Below are positions 10,308-21,054 of a stretch of 32,240 bases of DNA, piece by piece (within the stretch, counting starts at the first letter, position 1; every line of letters begins with the position of its first letter). The notes below the pieces were generated by a model. The model was given only the letters and a program-made list of their open reading frames with translations. It searched no databases and was not told the DNA's origin. The stretch lies in assembly GCA_030167865.1 (NCBI GenBank), contig JALAGF010003702.1, positions 1 to 32,240 on the forward strand. Direction: 5' to 3'. The position numbers and the translations under genes are program-made. This stretch comes from Craspedostauros australis. Lineage: Eukaryota.

Positions 10308-10667
10308 TCATGACAAGAACCTGCTCCTTTGTGCGATCTCGTGTTCGGCTTCGGCAGTGTCGACGTATTGCCCCCACCCATCATCCATCGAAGTGAAGCT
10401 GAGGTTCTTCTTCACGGTCGATGTTCCTGCCGATGAGGCGGCAGCTGGTGGCAATGGGTTGCGTGAATTGGCTCGCCTCAGACCCATCGAGTTCATCATC
10501 TGTGCGGGGTATGATGTCGTCTCTGAAGTGTTTGACCGCGCTGACGTTGTAGAGATGGAGCTCCTTCGGCTTGTTGAACCAGGTCGTTTGTTGGAGTAAT
10601 ACGTGAAGCTCGAGTAGCTGCCCTTGCTCGACAAAGCGCTTCCGCTGATGCTCAGGATCCTTGGCAT
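10308..10667 (-). CDS. Small Ser/Thr-rich uncharacterised protein, 119 aa, with a C-terminal DDGWGQYVD motif
   Basis: ATG in an A-rich context (acgaaaATG) after a C/A-rich leader. Codon pattern looks coding. It is the most plausible ORF in a 2.5 kb gap. No family recognised. Confidence 0.6.
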   Translation of the reverse strand: MPRILSISGSALSSKGSYSSFTYYSNKRPGSTSRRSSISTTSARSNTSETTSYPAQMMNSMGLRRANSRNPLPPAAASSAGTSTVKKNLSFTSMDDGWGQYVDTAEAEHEIAQRSRFLS

Positions 10668-10680
10668 TTTCGTTGGTTGT

Positions 10681-10710
10681 GGATGGATGAATGGATGGAT
10701 AGATGGATGG
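10681..10710. repeat. Imperfect (GGAT)n microsatellite just upstream of the small gene
   Basis: ggatggatgaatggatggatagatggatgg. Confidence 0.8.
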
Positions 10711-11756
10711 TATGAATTGGATGTATTATATGTACGAGTGTGTGCCTATGAAAGGAATGGATTGATGGATGCGAGCGATTTGTGTGTTGTGCCGATGGCT
10801 AAGTGCTTCGACGACTGTCCAAGATGGATGATCCAATCGATGATGCACAAGGACGAGCGCTGAAGCAGAAGAACTCAGAGTCGAAGTGAGAGGAAGGTCG
10901 GAGAGAGAGATGGAGAGGTCGCAAGGAACCAACCCAAGCGGCTGTGCTGTGTGCTGATTCTCTGGATGGTGGTGCAGAACAAGGCTCGATCAGCGCTGCT
11001 CTCTTCTGTGTTCTGCTTCCTGTGGTTGACATCCATAGTACGTCCACGAGTGCATCAGAGAGCTTCCTGCGTATGCACGTGCCGATGTGGTGCTGTCGTT
11101 GTGGATGAGACATGATGAGATACGACAGAATCAACACACCGCCACATACTCACATACTCGCACACACGCATCGAGAAGAACGTATCGTCACATCAAGGCA
11201 CATCATCACAAGAGACACACACGCAGAGCGGAAGGCGCAAAAACGAGACTGGAGCTTCCCCAACAAAGACCGCCATCGTCACTTCTTGGTCTTGTTTCCG
11301 CAGTGATGGTGGAGCAACGTTGGATGACGAGACTGATCCGTGAAATTTCATTCGATCATACATGTGACGTGGTCACACCAACGTTGACATCCAATGTTCT
11401 CCAACATTAATTAGATCGCCACGGTGGTCAACTGGCGAACCACGTGTTGGATCGAACGGACAGAGATTATCGACTAGGCCGAATACAACGCACGAGTCGT
11501 GTGAAAGTCACCAATCATGAATGACATTGAAGCTTCGGCACGCTTCTTCGCAGACATTGGGAGAAACACGATGATGTGACAACACGACACGCACCACAAC
11601 AACGATCAGATCTCAACGAACGAAACATCTCAGGTCCTGCCCATCACACATGACATCAAGGGCGATCTCGCGATCTTCCGATCTTCCATTCGCCTCGTTT
11701 CTGTTTTGCATCTTTGCACCTTCGTATCTCGCATCTTGTTTCTTGGCACTGCGCAT

Positions 11757-11780
11757 GAGAGAGAGAGAGAGAGAGAGAGA
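11757..11780. repeat. (GA)12 microsatellite in the putative 5' UTR of the carrier gene
   Basis: Read directly from the sequence. Confidence 0.9.
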
Positions 11781-11817
11781 AAGACGATTCCATCTGTGCA
11801 CTGGCATAGCTCGAAGC

Positions 11818-13178
11818 ATGAGCGAACAGTCCAAAGATCTTGGGTCGTCGTCAGGGGCTGCGACTGAAAGCGCCGCCAGCAACGACGATGCTGCGAGAAA
11901 GACATCGCCATTTGCACCGTTGACAGCCGGTCTCATGGCGGGTGCATCGAGCACGGCCCTCCTGCTGCCTTTGGACACCATCAAGGTCCGGCTGCAAGTA
12001 CTGGAGAAGCGCGAAATGAAACGAAAACCTGCAGCAGCAGTATCATCATCTGTTGGCGCGACAGGAGCAGGAAGCAAACTGGGTCCTGCAGGCGTCAAAC
12101 CATCACGCGCCAGCGCATACCGAATCTTCCGAGGCATCGTCCAGCATGAAGGTGTCGCAGGATTGTATCAGGGCATGGTGCCCGCCATCATCGGTTCGTC
12201 CGTTTCGTGGGGCGGTTACTTCTTTCTTTACGAAGGATTCAAGAGCCGACTGAAGCAGTACAAGTCTGCCAGCGCACAGTCAGCGTCATTATCGTCGCTG
12301 GAAAACTTCCAGCTCGCGTGTTCGGCAGGTGCCGTCATGGTCTTCATCACGAATCCGATTTGGTTGATCAAGCTGCGGTTGCAGCTGCAGATGAAGCAGG
12401 CATCGCAGGGATTGCTGACGAAGGAACCGTATACCGGCATGGTGGATGCTGCCCGGACCATCGTTCGTGACGAAGGCCTGTTCGCACTCTACAAAGGAAC
12501 AGGACCGGCGTTGATGCTGACATCGCACGGTGGGGTGCAGTTCGTGGTGTACGAGTACCTTCGCAAGCACTTTCATTATGCCCGTTCGTCGAGAACAAGC
12601 AAGGAGGTGCATCAGCCAGTGATGGAACGGTTGGAGAGGTCGTTGGGATATTTGACAATGGGCGCCACGGCCAAGATGTACGTTGAGAGAGCATTAAAGC
12701 GGGTTGGCTGTTTGATCGTTTGGTTGGCTGTTCTGCTCGTGGTTGTATCCACGGTTCTACTCTGCATGATCTGCTCGACACATGTCCATTTGTGGCTGAC
12801 GGCTTTTCCAAAATCTGCTGATTTCGCTCTGCAACCGTCGACGAATTTACCGCCTTGATCACAATTCATTGCGCGCCACGCCCCAATCCGTGCGACAATT
12901 TCAGAGTCGCAAGTACGACGACATACCCGCTGCAAGTACTGAAGGCTCGGATGCAGCAACGCTCCGAGGTTGTCGAGTTGACGGAGGAGGGCGGTGTGCG
13001 CGTGGCGCAAAGGGAGTACGCAGGCGTGCTGAAGACGATTGGGCGGATATGGCAAGCAGAGGGCATCCTTGGATTCTTCGGTGGGTGCATCCCCAATGCG
13101 ATTCGAGTCGCTCCCAGTGCTGCCATTACCTTCGTTGTCTACGAATCCGTCATGGATTGGCTCGAACTCCGAGTATAG
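11818..13178 (+). CDS. SLC25A32: Mitochondrial carrier family folate/FAD transporter (SLC25A32/FOLT1/FLX1 type); exons 11818-12677 and 12905-13178, 377 aa
   Basis: Three carrier signatures: PLDTIKVRLQ, PIWLIKLRLQ, PLQVLKARMQ. Subfamily motifs WGGYFFLYE and SHGGVQF. Splicing restores ATAK-I-VASTTTYP. Start chosen at MSEQ (11818); the upstream ATG at 11650 would read through the GA repeat. Confidence 0.9.
12678..12904 (+). other. Spliceosomal intron (227 nt, phase 2) in the carrier gene
   Basis: GTACGT donor and TTTCAG acceptor. Removing it joins ORFs 11650-12858 and 12855-13178 in frame and completes the third carrier repeat. Confidence 0.9.
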
Positions 13179-14038
13179 AGAATACGAATGGTTGCTCTCC
13201 AGTGTAGGAGATTGGACTGGAGGGTTTGGATTGTCATTCATCTTCGTCCGAGCATGCCATGGTATGCTATGCCGTTGTGCTACACTTGGGGGATGTGGAT
13301 AAGAACAGGGAAGAGCGCTATACTCGTGCAGATCCAGAGAGATCTGGATCACCTGTGCCTGCGTTGGTTGCTTCGATGACATCTGACATCAGAATGGATA
13401 TCTCTACTCGACTCGTGTCTCTCAACAGCCATCTCACCGCTTCTGCATCCCGATCGCAGAAAGGAACACCGACGATGGCCTTCAACAAGGAGAGAAAGCG
13501 GTGCAGTAGCGCAAATACGAACACTATCGCATACTTCCGAACCGCGGAACGGAGCAACAACAGAGCGCCACACGATCCACTTGTAGACTGGATACGCACG
13601 AAGGCGGGATAGGCAATAGGGGATCAGAGAGGTTTCCTTGGTACCATGCTGTGCAACACCCGACAATTCCAACACCCATGCCTCATAGAATATAATAGGT
13701 GATTGTAACAACATGGAAATAGAGTAGAGTAGAGTAGTCGCAGAGCAGAGTACTGCAATACTCACTCTTTGCTAACGTCCTCGTGTTGGACACACAGTCG
13801 AGATGACGGCGTCAACGGCGGATACTTCTGGAGTTTTGTGGCCATGGATGGAAATGCAAACACATCGGCAGTTCTCTTTTGGTTCACATCGTTGGCGATG
13901 TGGATGTCGTGTCTTGGATGGACATCGAAGAATGTCGACGCAATCTTATCCTCTTTTGGTTAAGTGTCGTGACGTCACATCAACAACAAGGGAGCGAAGA
14001 TGTTCGCACACAGGGTGGTGACATTCAACAACAACGCA

Positions 14039-14080
14039 CCAAAGCCAACCAAACCCAACCAAAGCCAACCAAAAACCAAA
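14039..14080. repeat. Degenerate 10-bp (AAAGCCAACC) tandem repeat upstream of the transporter gene
   Basis: aaagccaacc aaacccaacc aaagccaacc aaaaaccaaa. Confidence 0.7.
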
Positions 14081-14315
14081 GCAACACGAAGCAGGCCCAA
14101 CAACGTCGGCAACGAATGCCGAAGACCGTGCTTCCCCCCTCTCTTGTTGTTGTCGTCGCACGCAGTTGCCGTCATCGCTGTTGGCCACAACAAAAACAGC
14201 CAACCAATTGTTGCCATTAAAACTCTCATTTGCGCAGCATCCAACGCATTGGGCTCATTGATTCGCGCACCATCCTCAAGAGTGCAAACACAACACGGAA
14301 GGCAGTGAAGTCATC

Positions 14316-16641
14316 ATGGACTTGGATGCAAACAGAAACCCGCAGGATGTGGAGGAAGCTGGCGAAACCACGGCCTTGATGGCATCCACCGGCGATGTCT
14401 CGGATGTGGCGACCAGCGAGGCATCCAGCGGAGTGCAAGCAGCGACGGATCCGTTCGCCGAAGAACTGGACAAGCCTTGGCCAGCCACGTTCGAGCGCTC
14501 CATCTCGCTGCTTGCCAGCCCCATCATCAATGCGGACGAAGCAGAATCGTTCACACGGAGTCCCAAGGCAGGCAGCGGTTTGCTGTCTGCTCGCAAGAAT
14601 CAGGTACGGCAGCACAGGACAGCATGCGATGCTATTCGCAGCATATATAATACGTTGCAATACAACAACAAACGAATGCTTCAAATCGATCCGCACTCGA
14701 GTGGAGTACATTGAAGTATGGCACATGCGCACTTTCGTTCGTGTTCTAGCTCTGGATACTCACCTCATCGTTGTGCCTATTTCAATTCTCTCTCTCTGAA
14801 CACATATCGGTATGGGTGCAATGGTTCCAAATGCATCTCAACACAAATGAACGTCTCGATTCCGTTCCGTGCCACGTGCTGGCCCTCCATTGCAATTGCA
14901 ATTGCACTGGCCATTGCCGTTGCGTTGGATGCTTCGTTTCTTCCTCGTTGCTTGCCTTCTTTCACTTCATTCTGCTCAACTCTAATCTGCACAACTGAAC
15001 CCCACACCAACGCAGCGAATCGAAACACCGGAGGGTGCGTTGTTGCCACCGACCAGGGTGGGCCGCGATGGAGACAACTTCGTGTTCGGCATGAGCAAAA
15101 CGCACAGCCTGGACCTCAAGTCGAAGCCCGATGCATTGAAGGTGGAAGGTGACTACCTTTCCACGAACATCGTCAATGTCCAGAAACAGCAGAAAAAGAA
15201 GGCCGCCGAAGCTGCAGCGTACCGTAAGAAGATCATGCAGCAGCAGAAAAAGCAGCAGAAGCCTGGTGATGAAGAATATTCCCCCGGCTTCATTAAGGAA
15301 CAGAAAACCACGAAGAAGTTGCAGCAATTGAGAAAGGACAAGGAACGAAAGCAGGTGGCGTCCAGGGAGGGCAAGGCTAGCTTCTACCAATGCGTCTTCA
15401 ACCTCGCCAACATCCTCATGGGGGTCGGATTGCTGGGCTTGCCATTTGCCTGCGCCAGCGCTGGATGGGCAGGCGGGATCGTGGCATTGCTCGTCTTTTC
15501 GTTCGTCACATGGAAGACCTGCATTCTGATCGGCCGCGAGTTGAACGGCGACCCCAGACCGGCCAAGTTCTTTGATGATTCACCCTACAAGACACCGGTG
15601 CAGCCAGGCTCCATCCCGGAGGCGCGCATGAGACGGCCGATCAAGTCTTTTCCCGACATCGCCCGCGAAGCCTTTGGGACGCCCGGCACCATCATACTGT
15701 CCAGTGCCCTCTACTTCGAGCTCTTTTCCTGCATCTGCATCTTCATCGTTGCGATGGCCGACCATCTCTTCACCTTGTTCCCGAGCATCTCGACGGGCAC
15801 ATGGATGATCGCCGTGACCGTCGCAAGTGCCATTCCCATGATCCTGCTCAAGACGGCGAAGTTGCTATCGTACCTCAGCATGGTGGGCACGTTCGCGACA
15901 GCCGCGGTGGTGCTCTCCGTCTTCTTTGCCGCAGTAACGGAAGGCGACAAGACCGAGGAGGTTGCCGAGAAGATGGGGCTGGATCCAGAAACGGATGGAC
16001 CCTTCCATTCCGCATGGAAACCGCAGGGCCTCCCGCTCGCGTTCGGTCTCGTGGCGTACTGCTTCTCTGGACACGCTATCGTGCCGTCCATCTACAGCTC
16101 TATGGAGACCCCGTGGGAATTCGAACGTGTGTGCGACATCACGTACGTCATCGTCACATTCGCTTGCCTGCTGGTCGGCCTGAGTGGTTACTGGTTGTTC
16201 GGTGACCTCGTGCTGGATCAGGTGACCATCTCGTTGGAGCAGAACTCATCGGCGGAAACAGCCATGACGGTCCTGACCTACCTGATGGTCCTCACGGCGT
16301 ACTCCAAGACGACGCTGACGATGTTCCCACTGGCGTTGGGATTCGAAGAGATCCTGGCGCCCCACCTCTCCACAGACACCGCTGTCGAGTATGCCTCCGT
16401 CGCCATCAAGGTGGTCTTGATGGTCTTGGCATTGGGAGTGTCGCTGTTCATTCCATCGTTCAGCTTCCTCTGCGCCTTGGTGGGAATGATTTGCACCGTC
16501 GCCGTGTCCGTCATCTTTCCCGCCGCGGCACACATCAAGCTCTTCCATTCCAGGCTCGGGTACTTTGATATCGCCTTGGACGTGGCCATTGTCATCTTTG
16601 GTCTCGCTGTTGGCATCGTCGGCACCATTCTGGGTCTGTGA
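14316..16641 (+). CDS. AVT1: Vacuolar amino-acid transporter, AVT1-like (Aa_trans/AAAP family); exons 14316-14603 and 15016-16641, 637 aa
   Basis: ASFYQCVFNLANILMGVGLLGLPFA..AGWAGG, SFPDIAREAFG, YCFSGHAIVPSIYSSM and about 11 hydrophobic segments. Exon 1 has PWPATFERSISLL, which resembles the WPQSYRQSID motif of plant AVT1 N-termini. Confidence 0.88.
14604..15015 (+). other. Spliceosomal intron (412 nt, phase 0) in the AVT1-like gene
   Basis: CAG|GTACGG donor, pyrimidine-rich stretch, CTAAT branch-like site and CGCAG acceptor. The join is in frame with ORF 15040-16641. Confidence 0.8.
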
Positions 16642-17005
16642 TGGCATTCAAGGTTCATCAAAAAAACACAATTAGAGGCTGTTGCAACAGAGATAAATGA
16701 GTCAGTTTGCTCTTTCCACAGAGTACTTGATCAATGTTAGAATGATTTCTGTGTTATTGTACTGGTATGCGAGTCCTGGTTTGGATGGGTATTCCAAGGT
16801 ACGAGCAGCATGACAGCACGGTGCTATTGGAATGATCCTGCTGCTGTAGTCGTGCTGGCAATCGCACGTCACTTGTGTTACCCTGCATAATAGTACATTG
16901 ACCATACATCATCCGTGCGTCTATTCTGCCATTGCATGCATTCCTCGTCTCTATTGCTTTCGTCGTCAAATTCGTACAGAGGGCTGCATTGACCACACGA
17001 TGCTG

Positions 17006-18058
17006 CTATCGTTTGCCGCCCCCTCGCTTGCTACCCTTGGCGTTGCCTGCACTGCCGCCGCCGCTTCCACCACTGGCACTGCCCTTCTCGTGTCTGTTCT
17101 TCACAATGTGCCCAGCTTCCACCAAAGCGTCACGCGCCGTGGTGGCAATGTGCTTGAACCGACTGGGCCCTAACAGCACGCCTCCAAACCATCTGGAAAC
17201 CACGACGATGACATTCTCCGCATTCGACATCTCCAGCAAGGCCGCCAACTTCATGCCCGAACCTTTCTCGCCGTCGTCATCATTGTCCGATACCATGCAA
17301 TTGCGTTCGGCATCATGGAACCGATACGCGATCATGTTGTGCGCCGCCTTGGCAACCTTCTTGTCGTTGAAGAGCAAATCGGCCAGCACCCATTGCACAT
17401 GCTGCATGCACGTGACTGACGCCACGTGGGCGATCATGGTTTCCGATGGCCCGCTCTTGGGTGGATGGAAAGGTGACCCGTGATGGATCTCTCGTCGGTA
17501 GGCATCGTCGTGGATGATGGAGGTCTGGAAGTGCCGTGTCGGTTGTCCGTACCGCGATGTGGGTGGTTGGAAGGTCTGGGTTGCGTCCCTTGTGTCAGCC
17601 GTCGCCGATTCGGCGGCATGCTGTGGCTGCTGTATTCCTGGTTCTTGTGGATTGTTGGCATCATCATCATCATCATCATCATCATCACCATGATGCTGGT
17701 CGTCGCTTCTGTCGCCATCTGCATTAATCTGCTGCTGCTGCTCTTCCAACGCCGTCCTGCAATATTCGGCCCACACGATCGCGATCTCCATATCCGCATC
17801 CCACAAATCTAGCATGTCCTGCGTGAGATCGCCGATCTGGCTATCACCCAATATCCACGGCTTGGCACGCAACGTCGGCGTCGGTGGATTTCTGGAGGGG
17901 TAATCGTGTGGCAGCTTCAGCTCCAGCACCACGTTGGACGCCACCTGGATCTTCCAGGACGATGTATTCGGGATGACCTCCACAACCTCGTCTCCGTACA
18001 CAGCCTGGAGTGCCTCCAATTCCTGCACCTGTCGGCTCTGATCGCTGTCGTCGTCCAT
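17006..18058 (-). CDS. IMPACT: IMPACT/YIH1 protein (RWD plus UPF0029 ancient domain), 350 aa
   Basis: RWD: ELEALQAVYGD...LPHDYPSRNPP. UPF0029: KVAKAAHNMIAYR, DNDDDGEKGSG, VVVSRWFGGVLLGPSRFKHI. Confidence 0.95.
   Translation of the reverse strand: MDDDSDQSRQVQELEALQAVYGDEVVEVIPNTSSWKIQVASNVVLELKLPHDYPSRNPPTPTLRAKPWILGDSQIGDLTQDMLDLWDADMEIAIVWAEYCRTALEEQQQQINADGDRSDDQHHGDDDDDDDDDANNPQEPGIQQPQHAAESATADTRDATQTFQPPTSRYGQPTRHFQTSIIHDDAYRREIHHGSPFHPPKSGPSETMIAHVASVTCMQHVQWVLADLLFNDKKVAKAAHNMIAYRFHDAERNCMVSDNDDDGEKGSGMKLAALLEMSNAENVIVVVSRWFGGVLLGPSRFKHIATTARDALVEAGHIVKNRHEKGSASGGSGGGSAGNAKGSKRGGGKR
17659..17688. repeat. (CAT)n microsatellite encoding poly-Asp in the IMPACT linker
   Basis: Run of catcatcat on the plus strand, read as GAT codons on the minus strand. 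Confidence 0.9.
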
Positions 18059-18110
18059 CTCTCCGTTTGCATTGAATGTGGATATGCTCTATTATGCTCG
18101 CATTCTCTTC

Positions 18111-18176
18111 TGTTATCGAAGTGTTATCGAAGTGTTATCGAAGTGTTACCGAAGTGTTACCGAAGTGTTGCCGAAG
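18111..18176. repeat. 11-bp minisatellite, 6 copies, 53-118 bp upstream of the IMPACT ATG
   Basis: TGTTATCGAAG x3, TGTTACCGAAG x2, TGTTGCCGAAG x1. Confidence 0.95.
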
Positions 18177-18502
18177 GCTTTGATGGCATCGGCCATGATC
18201 AATGATCGTGTCCGATGGTGTAGCTGTTGTCGCGTTAGCTCACAAGGGGAGCGATCATGAAACTCTCCACTTCAGCACGGAATCGGTCGAAGTTGGACTC
18301 GGCCGACTGCTACAAACTACCTACGTTGAATGATTCTCTCCGGAGCGTGCTCCTATTCCACTCGAATGAAGGAAGGGTCAATAACATGTAAGTCCAGCGT
18401 TCCCTTTTAGATTGCACATTCATGCTCCATCTACAGGCACACACGTGTGCATAAGCATCCATTGATAATGACAGCTCTAGTCGTAGAGTGGCACTATTCA
18501 AT

Positions 18503-20050
18503 CTACGTGTAATACACATCAAAACGATTCGTCGACCCATCTACAGAGTACGATGGTTGGACGGATTCAGCGTTGCCAATGGTCGCTGCGCGTATCGGTC
18601 GCTTCACAACGACCTTGCACTGCGCGTATTGCAGCGCAGCCTTGAGTATCCGAGCTTCCTGCTCCTCCGTGCTCATTTGGGGTTCTGATGTCGAGACATC
18701 TTCACCCTCAAATGCCTCGCTATGTTGCTTCACTTGCTGCCGTTGCGTCCCGAGCAGATCGTGCAAGAGTTTCATGTTCTTCTTGACTGCCGCAGATTTC
18801 GTCCTCGGCGGGAACATGGGATCCAAGTACACAATGTCTGGCAAACCAATCGTCTCGCTCTGAATCAGGGATGGCAAAACATCGGCACCATCTCCACGAT
18901 GCAGCGACAGGACGTCACACAGACCTTTGGCGATCTCCGCTTCGGGTTCCGTCGATGCCGCAAGCACCGTGAGACGCCGCATCGCGTCCTGCAACAGCGT
19001 CGCCACGATCGGATCGCGCTCAATCATACATACATGCTGCACGTTGCTGCCGGACAAGGCCATCGTCAGAGAATCCTGGGCGAAGCCGGCCGTCATGTCG
19101 ACGATGGTGGTGCCGTGCGTCGTTCGTTGCTTGGGTATCGCGATGGCCTTCAGCAGCATGTCCTTGCCGAGCTCGCCGTGCACTCGTTTGCTCATGCGGC
19201 TGTTGCGCGGCGGGCACAGGTCGACGAAGGACGACGCCTCTGGTTTGCCTTTGCGTCGATGGTTCTTGCTTTTGCGTCTCGCATTTCTGTTGCTATTGTC
19301 GCCAGCACCGTTGTTATTGGCGGCGGCGCTGCTGCAGGTCTCAATTGTCAATACTGGGCATCGCAACGAACCACGATCGTAGGCGGATACTCGAAGCACA
19401 TGGGTATATGGATTGGCATTCGAAGGGTCCTGCAGGCGCTGATTCAGGTCAGCTTCGTGATGGTAGAACTCAATCGAGAGCGATCGCGCTATGGATTCGG
19501 CATACTCCAGCGCCTGACGTTGCAGGTCGGCGTTTGTCCCTTGCGTTAGCTCAGAGTCAGAACTGGTTTCAGTTCCTGGCGCGCAGTATGCTCGGATGGA
19601 ATCATCGAGAACTATACAGACGTGCCGACGAGAGCTTGACATCTGATCGTTCGTTTTACTTCTCGAGATGTCAGCCGTCGTTAGGTCATTGGAAGATGAC
19701 GACAGCGCTGAACTGGACATCGCATAACCTGTGCGAATGCGAGCGCTCCTCGTCTTTTGGATTGATCGGCATTGGCGTGAGTGCACGCACTCGCACGAAT
19801 GCGACGATGAGTGACATCGTGCATCACCGATGTTGTGTTCCAATCCACTACCGACTGCGTTCCAACATGAGCCTGGCTGCGCGCAGCTGATGCACATCAG
19901 AAAGACCCGTATCAGCAGCAGGCCAGCGTTGGTACTGGCTTGCCCATTGTAATGCGTCATGATTGCGTGGTATGGTCGGGAAGCGCGACGTGGGTACCAT
20001 CTGACCTCCTGATCCCAAGAATGTAGACTGGCGTTGTGCTCGATGATCAT
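18503..20050 (-). CDS. rsmJ: RsmJ/YhiQ-family SAM-dependent rRNA small-subunit methyltransferase; start uncertain (20050, 19960, 19897 or 19720)
   Basis: VDMTAGFAQDS, IERDPIVATLLQDAMRR, PDIVYLDPMFPPRTKSAAVKKNM, KVVVKRP and terminal RFDVY match the bacterial RsmJ motif series in order. Confidence 0.88.
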   Translation of the reverse strand: MIIEHNASLHSWDQEVRWYPRRASRPYHAIMTHYNGQASTNAGLLLIRVFLMCISCAQPGSCWNAVGSGLEHNIGDARCHSSSHSCECVHSRQCRSIQKTRSARIRTGYAMSSSALSSSSNDLTTADISRSKTNDQMSSSRRHVCIVLDDSIRAYCAPGTETSSDSELTQGTNADLQRQALEYAESIARSLSIEFYHHEADLNQRLQDPSNANPYTHVLRVSAYDRGSLRCPVLTIETCSSAAANNNGAGDNSNRNARRKSKNHRRKGKPEASSFVDLCPPRNSRMSKRVHGELGKDMLLKAIAIPKQRTTHGTTIVDMTAGFAQDSLTMALSGSNVQHVCMIERDPIVATLLQDAMRRLTVLAASTEPEAEIAKGLCDVLSLHRGDGADVLPSLIQSETIGLPDIVYLDPMFPPRTKSAAVKKNMKLLHDLLGTQRQQVKQHSEAFEGEDVSTSEPQMSTEEQEARILKAALQYAQCKVVVKRPIRAATIGNAESVQPSYSVDGSTNRFDVYYT

Positions 20051-20580
20051 CGCTTGTGCGCAACATTGTCATCCGACGCGTCTCTTCGCAGTCGCGTCAC
20101 GAAAGGAGACGGATGGAGAATTCGCCCATCACGCTGACGTCACGATTGGTGATCGTGAAGGGAATTGTGTGCGACCTGTCCCAATCATGAACCGATCCAT
20201 TCGAATCAATGGGTCACGGTGCGACAACCGAAACCGTTTATCCATGACCCAACGAAACGAGTGATGGACGCGACGAATCGTCATGAAGCAACAGAGGAGA
20301 CATTTCACCCCGACAATCAAAACCGACGACACTTCGCCATCTTCCGCGAAACACAGAACAAGGAGGGAGAGCCGCCGACCTCTCCGCTCTTCGCGACACA
20401 GAAGTACCCTCGTGGCTTGTGTGGTGGTCGCCATCACAAGAAACAGCAGCGTGCAAAAGGAACAGCAGGCAGGTCAAATACATCCGCCAGCGCCTCGATT
20501 GGTATTGCCGTGCTCCCCTCGATCATACGAACGAGTGCTGCATTGATGACCTCTTGCGTGGGATGAATGGCTTCAGGACA

Positions 20581-20616
20581 GACACTAACACTGACACTGA
20601 CGCTGACACTGACACT
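20581..20616. repeat. (GACACT)6 imperfect hexamer repeat in the divergent intergenic region
   Basis: gacact aacact gacact gacgct gacact gacact. Confidence 0.85.
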
Positions 20617-21054
20617 CATCCGACAACAAGATTTGAGCAAGGAGGCAGTAGAGTAGAACAGAGCAGAACAGAGTAGCGTGAAGTGAAGTGACGCGCAGGG
20701 AGCCAATCGGTTGATAACAAAGAAAAAGAGCAGAGAGCAAAACTCAAAAGACATCGATCGGCACGTCCACTGCTGGAACGCCTCCAAGACACACGGTTGG
20801 GTGGATCAGAGTCACAAGCAAAGCCTTGGAGCCAACGGTGAGGTAATCCAGACTCCGGACTCGACTCTTCTCTATTATTATACGGCCTATTCCACACAGT
20901 CTCTGTCCTTACTGGCTGGTTTGCTGGCTGGCTGGCGGGCTGACTGACTGACCTTAGCTGCTGGACTGTCAACTCGGAAGCCTCTTCGGCACAACTTCAG
21001 CACCAGAACAACCTCAATCCAATCTGCATCACAAACAGCATCATCAACGGCATC

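Noticed and set aside
12678..12858. Hydrophobic C-terminal tail of ORF 11650-12858
   Set aside because: Intron read-through; the spliced form restores the third carrier repeat.
2889..13178. PDAT, PEX10 and FAD/folate carrier as a lipid metabolic gene cluster
   Set aside because: Housekeeping genes in mixed orientation, interleaved with a splicing factor, with no shared regulatory motif seen.
14755..14816. Possible micro-exon within the AVT1 intron (CTCAC, pyrimidine tract, GTATGG)
   Set aside because: No AG acceptor between the branch-like site and the donor-like site.
18111..18176. Tandem repeat as a CRISPR array or heat-shock element
   Set aside because: No spacers, the unit is only 11 bp, the context is eukaryotic, and there are no alternating nGAAn/nTTCn units.
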